From positions 1-46,038 of the IMG/VR virus record IMGVR_UViG_3300025890_000004: a stretch of DNA of 46,038 nt; one strand, written 5' to 3'. The DNA is from a virus. Shown one piece after another: positions 34,949 to 42,917 of the stretch (positions are counted from its first letter, which is position 1; each line of letters starts with the position of its first letter). The translations under genes were made by a program, and so were the position numbers. The notes beneath the pieces were generated by a model. It saw only the letters and a list, made by a program, of their open reading frames with translations. It had not been told where the DNA came from and made no database searches.

Positions 34949-35431
34949 TTAGACGGTTATCTGTTGGAATTTTGCAATAACTGCGGCAATCTCAGCAGCC
35001 GCATCTTTCACGGCTTGGCTTGCGTCATCATCTACCTTTTTGAGTAGGTTAAGCTCCGCCTTAAAGAAGTCAAAAGCTTTGGCTTCCCGCTCTGGGAATA
35101 AAGCTTTGACTTTAGGACCGAAAAATGAGCATTCACCTAAAGCACATAAATCGGCGTGGAATTGTGTCGCTTTCCGATCGCCTTTAGGCAATGTGATGGT
35201 AATCGTGCCCGTTTCTTTATCCCGCTTCACTTTCATGGTGGTGGAAAGTTTGGCCACCTTTTCAAAGTATTTGCCGTGGTCACTTGCAGTCAACAGTTTG
35301 ACTAGAGGGGTGGTGTTTCCATGCTCAATAATGTTTTCGACGCAGCGTTCAAACGCTACCTTAGCAGCTGCGCCGTTGCCGGCTTCACGTTTCAGGTAAT
35401 TGTTAACTGTTTTCATAGCGGTATTTGTCAT
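34949..35431 (-). CDS. first early protein of the leftward block (160 aa), hypothetical
   Basis: ATG 35431 is preceded by AGGAAAAAATATC. The longer track start at 35503 lacks an RBS. Confidence 0.5.
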   Translation of the reverse strand: MTNTAMKTVNNYLKREAGNGAAAKVAFERCVENIIEHGNTTPLVKLLTASDHGKYFEKVAKLSTTMKVKRDKETGTITITLPKGDRKATQFHADLCALGECSFFGPKVKALFPEREAKAFDFFKAELNLLKKVDDDASQAVKDAAAEIAAVIAKFQQITV

Positions 35432-35922
35432 GATATTTTTTCCTAGTTTGGTTAAGTATTGCACAATGAAAAGCACCATTTGTTGGTACGTTTCACGCTG
35501 CAATAGCGCCCGGTTGCCCGGTTTTACCTGTCGTCTTAAGCCCCCCCGGTATCATCACTTCGCTAGCGCCGCTAGCTTTCCACGTAATCCGGTATTTCCT
35601 ACCCCTAGATCAAAAAGCTAGGGCGACGGGTGCGCATTCCACATATTTTGGTCAGCCCATATGTCAGGGGCATGGCTTGAACTGTTGTATTCGCGCGGCA
35701 ATGGGCCTTGTTAAATCCGCCTCAAAGTGCGGCTCCCAAATTTTTTCCTCAGCGCGGGCGGTATCAACATAGGTGCCCGGGGGCGGTATATGCTGAAAGT
35801 GCCTATTGGCGTGGGTTTGGCTGGCGTCTCCGTGTTTGTTTCGATTTACCTAATCTAGCGTTTTGATCAGGATAATCAACACCTAATTGATCACATAATG
35901 TTACAACATTGAAACAATTATC

Positions 35923-35936
35923 ACATGTTAACATGT
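35923..35936. repeat. perfect 14-bp palindrome ACATGTTAACATGT in the AT-rich block
   Basis: Read directly from the sequence. On the minus strand, an extended -10-like TGTGATAAT lies at 35925-35917, overlapping the palindrome's left end. Confidence 0.8.
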
Positions 35937-36029
35937 TAAGCAGTTTGCCTTTATTGTGTAATAGAACGCGACGCGCGCGTGGATGACAACCAACATAATG
36001 TCAAGGGGCAAATGATAGAAGTTCGTAGG

Positions 36030-36038
36030 TTATCCACA
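36030..36038 (+). promoter_or_regulatory. DnaA box (TTATCCACA), perfect consensus
   Basis: Exact 9-mer in non-coding DNA. Confidence 0.6.
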
Positions 36039-36142
36039 GATAGTTGAGGTATTGGAAAATTATTCCTGTTTGCAGCTGGATAGTAGAATAATATTGCTTG
36101 AACAACGTTCAGACATTTTATGGCCTAGGGTACCGGAAAAGT

Positions 36143-36178
36143 AAAAAACGTCTGAAAACGGCTTAAAATGGCCGTAAA
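36143..36178. other. four phased A-tracts (A6, A4, A4, A3; ~10.5-bp period), predicted bent DNA
   Basis: In gtAAAAAAcgtctgAAAAcggcttAAAAtggccgtAAAcg the tracts start at 36143, 36155, 36165 and 36176. Confidence 0.6.
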
Positions 36179-36201
36179 CGTGTCAATAGGTATAATGACT
36201 G

Positions 36202-36210
36202 TTATCCACA
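36202..36210 (+). promoter_or_regulatory. DnaA box (TTATCCACA), perfect consensus, second copy
   Basis: Exact 9-mer in the same orientation as the first. A perfect TATAAT lies just upstream at 36191-36196. Confidence 0.6.
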
Positions 36211-36320
36211 AGTTATTTGCAGGCTGCCAGCTGGACATATTCCAATGTATGAATATGTAACACATTCAAACGTTTGCATATAAAGGTATCTTTATGTTAC
36301 AAAATGCCACGCGAATGTAT

Positions 36321-36414
36321 CCAAACGGTAACATAAGCATATCGTTATATAACCAAACGGTAACATAAGCATCTCGTTATATAACCAAACGGTAACATAA
36401 GCATATCGTTATAT
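36321..36414. repeat. 32-bp x ~2.9 tandem iterons (CCAAACGGTAACATAAGCATATCGTTATATAA)
   Basis: Units start at 36321, 36353 (one mismatch) and 36385 (truncated). They are contiguous, with no spacers. Confidence 0.9.
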
Positions 36415-36800
36415 TCGAATATGTGCATGTGTCCCCTTAGAATAGTAGTGTTGCACATTGGCCACAGTGGTGTGGTAATAATGTCACAGGGGTCCCCCGG
36501 GGGGCACGGGCCTTTGCTGCGTAGTACAATGCACCTTAAGAAAATCTCAGAAAAGTTTGGCTCCCTAGGCTTCCCTATGTCCATGAGCCCTTGACTACCC
36601 ACGAAGCCCCATATGGTCATTTGAATACCCATGTCCTCTGTTCTAGGACCAAGGACACTTTCGAGCACCGATATCTGACCTGTGACCCCTGTATGGACAT
36701 CTAGTGAAGCTCTGCTGAGCGTCTGACCTGTGACAAATATATCACACCTGACAACAAAAGCGCCCTACAGATGAAAACAAATGTGTTTATTTTGTGACAG

Positions 36801-36836
36801 GGGGTTACTATTGCCCTTTTTAATGCGGTTATATAG
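36801..36836 (+). promoter_or_regulatory. conserved 36-bp element, copy B
   Basis: GGGGTTACTATTGCCCTTTTTAATGCGGTTATATAG is the exact reverse complement of 30075-30110. It lies ~225 bp upstream of the first rightward gene. Confidence 0.6.
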
Positions 36837-36870
36837 GTATACAGAGGTACTCTCAAGTTACCCAAGTTTC

Positions 36871-37032
36871 AACAGCTGTCTTACAGTTGTACCTTTCCTC
36901 ATTCATTAAAAATTAAACAGCTGTACCTTTTCTAAAATAATTGAAATTAAACAGCTGTCTTACAGTTGAAACTTTTCTAATATCATTAAAATCTAACAAC
37001 TGTCCTACGTATGTGCACCTATGTGTACATAG
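36871..37032 (+). promoter_or_regulatory. array of ACAG[C/T]TGT-containing modules in the rightward leader
   Basis: AACAGCTGTCTTACAGTTG occurs exactly at 36871-36889 and 36950-36968. AAACAGCTGTACC is at 36915-36927 and AACAACTGT at 36995-37003. TGTGTACATA at 37022-37031 is shared with the primase leader. Confidence 0.55.
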
Positions 37033-37060
37033 GGGGCTGTCCCTACAATAGGAGGCCATC

Positions 37061-37789
37061 ATGGCTAAGAGTATCTCAGACTTCATCAAACGTGCAAAGA
37101 AACACATCACATCCCCTAAAGCATCAGGGGCACAGATGCACAGACACAGCAACAGCTCCAACCCTCCCACAGGAGTTAACACTGTAAAAGGTGAATCCCG
37201 TGCACAGTCGGATTACCGTGCTGCTAAGATCAATGCTGCCCGTGAAGCCTACAAGGCACGTAAGGCCGGTAAGACTACTCAGTCTGCACCTGCACCCGGG
37301 GCATCAACTCAGCCACGATCGCCCTCCAGTAAGGCAACTGCAAAGTTCCCTGCACCTAAGAACTACCCACGTACTACTCCTGAAGAAGGTGGCGGCTTGG
37401 CTCCTCCAGTTAAACGGAAGCATTCACCTAAGCCAGATAATGTCTACGGTAAGAAGAGTGGTCCACAGGCCAAGAAGCCTGATAATGTTTATGGTAAGAA
37501 GAGTGCTGCACCTAGTCCTAAAAGTAGCAGCATGACTCTCCGTGAGTCCTTTGCTAAACAGAACAAAGGTAACAAACGCTACGGGCCAGCAGCTGGTCAG
37601 GCTGGGAACAGACCTGCAGCTCAGCAGGGGGGAGCACCTTCGCACGCAGAGAACGCTAAGCTAGCACGTAAGGTCAAGTCACGTAAGAACCCACGTAGCC
37701 GTATCACATCAGGTAAGGCATCCACAGCACAAGCTGCAGGGAAAGCTCTTTCCACACGCCGTAAAAACAAGAAACCGGGTCAACGCTAA
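37061..37789 (+). CDS. highly basic low-complexity (Lys/Pro/Ser/Ala-rich) protein
   Basis: RBS is taGGAGGccatcATG. 242 aa with an internal duplication KPDNVYGKKS x2 and no predicted globular core. It is the first gene of the rightward block. Confidence 0.6.
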   Translation: MAKSISDFIKRAKKHITSPKASGAQMHRHSNSSNPPTGVNTVKGESRAQSDYRAAKINAAREAYKARKAGKTTQSAPAPGASTQPRSPSSKATAKFPAPKNYPRTTPEEGGGLAPPVKRKHSPKPDNVYGKKSGPQAKKPDNVYGKKSAAPSPKSSSMTLRESFAKQNKGNKRYGPAAGQAGNRPAAQQGGAPSHAENAKLARKVKSRKNPRSRITSGKASTAQAAGKALSTRRKNKKPGQR

Positions 37790-38328
37790 TGTCTCTCTTT
37801 GAACAGTCACAACTACGCAGTGTTAACAACATCATCCGTACGAAGTCACTGTTCCTAGAGACCTCCTACGACGATGACTCTGAAGCAGTCATGACCCTCA
37901 AAGAGGCTGACTGGACAACTAAGGACGGCAGGAAACTGCTGTCCCTCCGCCGTCTCTTTGTAGAGTACACCCTAGACGACCCCAGTGAATATGAGTTCGC
38001 TATGGAGGTCTTTGGCTCATGGGAAGTATGGTTGAAGGTACGATCGGCTAATAAGCCCATCATTGCAGCTGTGCAGAAGGCTAGAGAAGAGGCTGACATC
38101 AAACGGAAGTCCCTAGCGTTCAAGACAGTCATCCATAGTGTCAAAGAGGGCAACGCAACATTCCAAGCCCAGAAGTGGCTTGTAGACGAACCTTGGAAGG
38201 CCAAACCTACCACTAAGGACGGACGCAAGGAGAGAGCTGAACAAGCCACCCGTGCTGAAGAGGCCTTTGTGAAAGAAGGGTTTGACTCCGACCTTGAGCG
38301 TCTGAAAGAAGAAGGTCTGATAAACTAA
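37789..38328 (+). CDS. hypothetical protein (179 aa)
   Basis: TAATG coupling on both sides. Charged and helical-looking. Function not recognised. Confidence 0.55.
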   Translation: MSLFEQSQLRSVNNIIRTKSLFLETSYDDDSEAVMTLKEADWTTKDGRKLLSLRRLFVEYTLDDPSEYEFAMEVFGSWEVWLKVRSANKPIIAAVQKAREEADIKRKSLAFKTVIHSVKEGNATFQAQKWLVDEPWKAKPTTKDGRKERAEQATRAEEAFVKEGFDSDLERLKEEGLIN

Positions 38329-41096
38329 TGGCTAAAACAGCAACGCTTACGACTATTGTAGCTGGCTTCGCGTCTGCTGCTGCCTACAATTCAAACTTCG
38401 CTAATCTTAACACTGCACTCGAGAACACTTTGTCTCTCGACGGGTCAACTCCAAATGCAATGGGAGCTGACTTCGATCTGAACAGCAACAACATCATTAA
38501 CGGTGGCACAGCTGCTTTCTCAAGCGTTACTGTTGGTGGCATTGATATGACCACACAGGCTGCCGCTGCCGCTGCTTCAGCTGCTGCTGCCCTTGTATCT
38601 GAAAACAACGCTGCTACCTCTGAGACTAATGCTTCTACCTCTGAGGCTAATGCTGCTACCTCTGAGACTAATGCTGGCACAAGTGAAACAAACGCAGGTA
38701 CTTCTGAGACCAATGCGGCTGCCAGTGCAGCTGCTGCTCTCGTATCTGAGAACAACGCCCTAGGTGCATCTACGTACCAAGGAGCATGGGTTACTGCTAC
38801 GGCATACTCCTTAAACGATATCGTTACCAACAACGGCACAAGCTACATTTGTGCTACCGCGCACACCTCTGGAGCGTTAGACGATGAACCCGGCACAGGT
38901 GCAGTTGAAGGCACATACTGGGACATCCTAGCCTCCAAAGGTGACACAGGCGCTACTGGAGCCACAGGTGCTCAAGGTGATGCAGGTGCTACTGGTGCAA
39001 CCGGAGCCACTGGTGCAACTGGCCCTGCTGGTGCTGACGGTGCTGATGGTTCAGCAGCTACGGTAGCTGTAGGTACAGTTAGTGCCGGGGCAGCTGCTGT
39101 TGTCAATTCTGGCACATCCTCTGCTGCAGTATTCGACTTCACTCTGCAGACGGGTGCAACTGGTGCAACTGGTGCTGCTGGTGCTGATGGTGCAGACGGT
39201 ATCTCATTGAACTGGCAAGGCGCTTATAGTGGCGTTACTACATACGCTGTACAGGATGCCGTGTCTGACCAGAGCAGTTCATGGATATGTGTAGCTGCAA
39301 CCACAGGCAACGCTCCTCCAACCCTGCCGACTGAGACTAACACTTGGTGGGAACTCGTTGCAAAGGTAGGCGCGGAAGGCCCGGCCGGCGCTGGCTCCGG
39401 TGATATGCTAAAGTCTGAGAACCTCTCTGGACTAGCTAACTACACCACAGCACGTTCGAATATGGGTTTGACTATTGGTACGGATGTACAGGCGCATTCT
39501 GGTATTCTTGATGGCACGACCGCTTCGTTCACCGTCGAAGGCGCTAGTTTGTTGGTCACAGCTTTTGGTTGGGGTAATCATGCGTCAGCGGGTTATCTTA
39601 CAGACATCACTGGTCAGGCCACAGGCTCACTGTCTGATGTTACGATTACCTCAATTGCTTCTGGTGAGATCCTTAAGTGGAACGGTACGGCGTTCATCAA
39701 CAACACCCTTGCTGAAGCTGGCATTGCTGCTGCCTCTCATACGCACACTGCTGCTGATGTCTCTGACTTTGATACAGAGGTAGCAAACAACTCTGCTGTC
39801 ACAGCTAACACAGCCAAGGTATCCAACGCCACTCACACGGGTGACGTAACGGGTTCCACAACGCTGACTATTGCTGATAATGCGGTTACTGCTGCAAAAC
39901 TGGCAGACACAGCCGTCACTCCCGGCTCATACACAGCCACAGACATTACTGTGGATGCACAAGGCAGGATCACTGCTGCGTCTAATGGTTCTGGTGGGGG
40001 AGGTGGTGGAGCTGGTGAATACACTCGCAAGACGACTACCTATACCGCCGTTGCTGGTGATCTACTGTCTGCTGACACTTCTGGTGCAGCCTTCACGATC
40101 ACGCTACCCATCACTCCGACTGAAGGTGACATTGTTACCATCCGGGATGCTGATGGCTCATGGGCAACCAAAAACCTGACCGTTGCACGTAATGGTGAAA
40201 CTATTGAAGGTGCGGCTGAAGACCTTGTGTGTGACATTGACAACGCACGGGTTGAACTCTCGTACCTTGATGGTAGCTGGCGTACAAGTATGTCTGCTTC
40301 TAACTCCGGTACATTCGAAGGTGCTACCGAGACGTCTGTTAAGGCGGCTCTGGATGGCGCAACCATCACCACGACAACTGTGGTTGGCACCGATAAAGTG
40401 CTGCTACAAGATGCCAGTGATGCTGACAACCTGCGGACTGACACTGTAACCAACCTTCTGGCACTTGCCGGTGGTGGTGGTGGCGGTTTCAAGAGCATCC
40501 AAGCGTTCACTTCAAGTGGCACTTGGACTAAACCTGCTGGCATAACCAAGGTACTCGTCTTCGTAACGGGTGGTGGTCACGAGGGTGGTGGTTCTAGTGG
40601 CGCTACTAATGGTGGCGGTGGCGGCGGTGGCGCTGGCGCTACGGCAATTCAGATGCTTGATGTAACTACCCCAACAACATCTACGATTACAGTTGGATCA
40701 CAGGGCCAGACATCTACATGGGCCGATGGCACCAACACCAATGTTACGGCAAGTGGTGGGAGTGCTGGTAGTAACAGTTCAGGCCTAGCTGGCGGTGCTG
40801 GTGGTTCTGGTTCATCGACTACAACTGGCGCTGCCCTAAGCATAAGTGGCGGTGACGGTACTGGCGGTAGTGTTGGTAACTCAGATAGCTCTATCCCCTC
40901 GTTTGGTGGCTCTGGTGGCATTGGCGGCGCATCCTTCTGGGGTGGCGGCGGTGCTGGTGGTTACGCTAGTACAGCAACTGATGTTACCGGTGGCGCTGGT
41001 AAAGCCTACGGCTCCGGTGGCGGCGGCGGTAAAGGTAACAATATCGACGGAGGTGCTGGTAAACCCGGCGTTGTATTCGTAATGGAGTTTGAATAA
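38328..41096 (+). CDS. tail fiber protein (TSETNAx repeats, collagen-like G-X-Y runs, Gly-rich C-terminal domain)
   Basis: The N-terminus ..YNSNFANLNTALENTLSLDGSTPNAMGADFDLNSNNIINGG is typical of podovirus fibers. G-X-Y x12 is encoded at 38940-39050. The C-terminus has GGGGGF..F.SSGTWTKPAG and poly-Gly. Confidence 0.75.
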   Translation: MAKTATLTTIVAGFASAAAYNSNFANLNTALENTLSLDGSTPNAMGADFDLNSNNIINGGTAAFSSVTVGGIDMTTQAAAAAASAAAALVSENNAATSETNASTSEANAATSETNAGTSETNAGTSETNAAASAAAALVSENNALGASTYQGAWVTATAYSLNDIVTNNGTSYICATAHTSGALDDEPGTGAVEGTYWDILASKGDTGATGATGAQGDAGATGATGATGATGPAGADGADGSAATVAVGTVSAGAAAVVNSGTSSAAVFDFTLQTGATGATGAAGADGADGISLNWQGAYSGVTTYAVQDAVSDQSSSWICVAATTGNAPPTLPTETNTWWELVAKVGAEGPAGAGSGDMLKSENLSGLANYTTARSNMGLTIGTDVQAHSGILDGTTASFTVEGASLLVTAFGWGNHASAGYLTDITGQATGSLSDVTITSIASGEILKWNGTAFINNTLAEAGIAAASHTHTAADVSDFDTEVANNSAVTANTAKVSNATHTGDVTGSTTLTIADNAVTAAKLADTAVTPGSYTATDITVDAQGRITAASNGSGGGGGGAGEYTRKTTTYTAVAGDLLSADTSGAAFTITLPITPTEGDIVTIRDADGSWATKNLTVARNGETIEGAAEDLVCDIDNARVELSYLDGSWRTSMSASNSGTFEGATETSVKAALDGATITTTTVVGTDKVLLQDASDADNLRTDTVTNLLALAGGGGGGFKSIQAFTSSGTWTKPAGITKVLVFVTGGGHEGGGSSGATNGGGGGGGAGATAIQMLDVTTPTTSTITVGSQGQTSTWADGTNTNVTASGGSAGSNSSGLAGGAGGSGSSTTTGAALSISGGDGTGGSVGNSDSSIPSFGGSGGIGGASFWGGGGAGGYASTATDVTGGAGKAYGSGGGGGKGNNIDGGAGKPGVVFVMEFE

Positions 41097-41479
41097 TGGC
41101 TACACTATCTAGTCTCCACGTCCCAGCGGCAACACTCGCTGGTACAGAGACACTCACAAACAAGACCCTCACCACGCCGGTTATCTCTGGTGCGGCCCAA
41201 GAGGATCAGGTGTCTTTGACAGGTACAACACCCGCCATCACTGGCGTGGTTCAATACTGGACGCTCACAGGTAACAGTACCCCAACAAGCAGTCTGGCTG
41301 ATGGTGAGACTGCAATCGTTCACATTGATGATGGCACTGCCTACACGATTACGTGGACGATGGTTAATCAATGGATTGGTGGCACTGCTCCAACCTTGGC
41401 AACCACTGGCTACACAGTCGTGATGATCTGGCGGGTCAACGGCACTGTCTATGGAACACACGTAGGAGACCTATCGTGA
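41096..41479 (+). CDS. hypothetical tail-associated protein (127 aa)
   Basis: TAATG coupling to the fiber gene. Thr/Gly-rich. Confidence 0.5.
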   Translation: MATLSSLHVPAATLAGTETLTNKTLTTPVISGAAQEDQVSLTGTTPAITGVVQYWTLTGNSTPTSSLADGETAIVHIDDGTAYTITWTMVNQWIGGTAPTLATTGYTVVMIWRVNGTVYGTHVGDLS

Positions 41480-42168
41480 TTGGTTTTTCCAAGTTGATTG
41501 GAGGGGGAGGCTCCCTCCCACCTCTTGGGGTCACTTACGTTGGCTCCAACGGGTCATCCTCTGACGCTGAAGACTATACATTCTCCAGTGCCAGCCTTGG
41601 TACGAATACAACCAGTGACTATTGGCTAATCACATGCGGAGGCAGAGCAGGTAACGCTGATCGTTATGTGGTGGATGTCACTATTGATGGACAGATACAC
41701 GATGTCCATTGGCGTCCTACTTACGACCCTACAGGTAAGAGTAGTGATGCCATACTTTCATATATGGCATTGGTCCCGTGTACTGGTTCCTCAACAGGCA
41801 CTATCCTTATTGATGGCGCTGGTGGAAATTGGCAGTCAGGTGGTTACAGTCTCTTTGTATTGACTGGTTTGCAAAGCACTACCGCTATCAACGAAGTCCA
41901 AACGATCGTTGATGTTGGTCAGTCAATAGGACAATCAGGTTCGACGGGGGCTATAACTTTTGCCTCACTTACAACAAACAGTTCTAGTCCTCCAGATGAG
42001 AAACCTGCAAGTGGTTGGACTATAGGTGCAAGTAGTCAAGTTCTTCAGGGCAGTGGTAACAGCTACCACTCTTCTGGGTACTACCCGAACACGGGAGACA
42101 CTAATGTCTCAATGAACCTTCTTCCGGGTGGTGATAGGGAAAGCCAGTTGTTTGTTACACTGAGATAA
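41476..42168 (+). CDS. hypothetical tail-associated protein (230 aa), GTG start
   Basis: GTG 41476 overlaps the upstream stop (GTGA) and has AGGAG 7 nt upstream. The track ATG at 41371 would overlap the upstream gene by 109 nt. Confidence 0.5.
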   Translation: MIGFSKLIGGGGSLPPLGVTYVGSNGSSSDAEDYTFSSASLGTNTTSDYWLITCGGRAGNADRYVVDVTIDGQIHDVHWRPTYDPTGKSSDAILSYMALVPCTGSSTGTILIDGAGGNWQSGGYSLFVLTGLQSTTAINEVQTIVDVGQSIGQSGSTGAITFASLTTNSSSPPDEKPASGWTIGASSQVLQGSGNSYHSSGYYPNTGDTNVSMNLLPGGDRESQLFVTLR

Positions 42169-42177
42169 GGAAAAACT

Positions 42178-42705
42178 ATGCAATATATTTACACCCCCGA
42201 AGAGGGGCAGTTTGAATACCCAGTGGGTCTGGCTGATCTTAGAGCCAAGAACCCAACCGTGTCCTTCCGTCGCAACATCCTCGATATTCCAGAGAGTGTC
42301 TTGAATGACTACGACTTCCATATCGTCCACGAAGTAGACAGACCGACAATCACTCACTCTGAGATGTTGGTTCGTGCTGACCCTGTTCAGATTGATGGTG
42401 TCTGGCACAGTGCTTGGGACGTGATTGCTGACCCTGATTACGTTGCCAGTGCCCGTCGCCTCAGTCGGTGGCAGATGATCGCAGCACTCAAGTACGCAGG
42501 TATCTACGACCTCGCCATAACAATCCTTGCGGATCTTCCTGAGACTACACCGGAGGAGACCAAGGCTAAGATTATACTTACCTCTGAGTTTGAACATGGA
42601 CAGGAGTTCTCGAGGAACTCACCACTCGTACAGTTCCTAGTAGAGCAGACCTCATACACACAGTTTGAGGTGGATGAGTTATGGATGGAGGCTTCTGAGT
42701 TATGA
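42178..42705 (+). CDS. hypothetical protein (175 aa)
   Basis: RBS is AAGGAAAAACTATG. No motif. Confidence 0.55.
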   Translation: MQYIYTPEEGQFEYPVGLADLRAKNPTVSFRRNILDIPESVLNDYDFHIVHEVDRPTITHSEMLVRADPVQIDGVWHSAWDVIADPDYVASARRLSRWQMIAALKYAGIYDLAITILADLPETTPEETKAKIILTSEFEHGQEFSRNSPLVQFLVEQTSYTQFEVDELWMEASEL

Positions 42706-42917
42706 TCATTATCGACCATGAAACAGACCCCAGTTTGAACGTGAAGTTTGAAGCGGGACGTCTAACCATTGGTTGTGCATCTGCTACACCTGAGCAATGG
42801 CTTGCCGCTACAGATCGTCAGATACTAGCGACAGGTGGTAAGGGCCGGCTCAAGTGGTGGAAAGAAACTAGAGGCCCATTGTTCGCGAGAGCGCGAGAGG
42901 AGGGGCTTCTTGACTGA
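42702..42917 (+). CDS. hypothetical protein (71 aa)
   Basis: ATGA overlap with the upstream gene. Confidence 0.5.
   Translation: MIIIDHETDPSLNVKFEAGRLTIGCASATPEQWLAATDRQILATGGKGRLKWWKETRGPLFARAREEGLLD

Noticed and set aside
36191-36196. Perfect TATAAT on the + strand between the A-tracts and the second DnaA box.
   Set aside because: There is no acceptable -35 or TG extension at 16-18 bp, and the nearest + strand gene is about 860 bp downstream. I mention it only as possible origin-activating transcription.
36321-36414. Possible CRISPR array (32-bp repeats).
   Set aside because: The repeats are directly contiguous with no spacers, there are only ~3 units, and no cas genes are present. They are better explained as iterons.
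36345-36668. 107-aa minus-strand ORF in the non-coding hub. ORFs 36913..37182 (minus) and 35400..35621 (plus) are the same case.
   Set aside because: They run through the iterons and regulatory repeats, have no RBS and give odd compositions. I treat them as non-coding, although an early leader peptide cannot be excluded.
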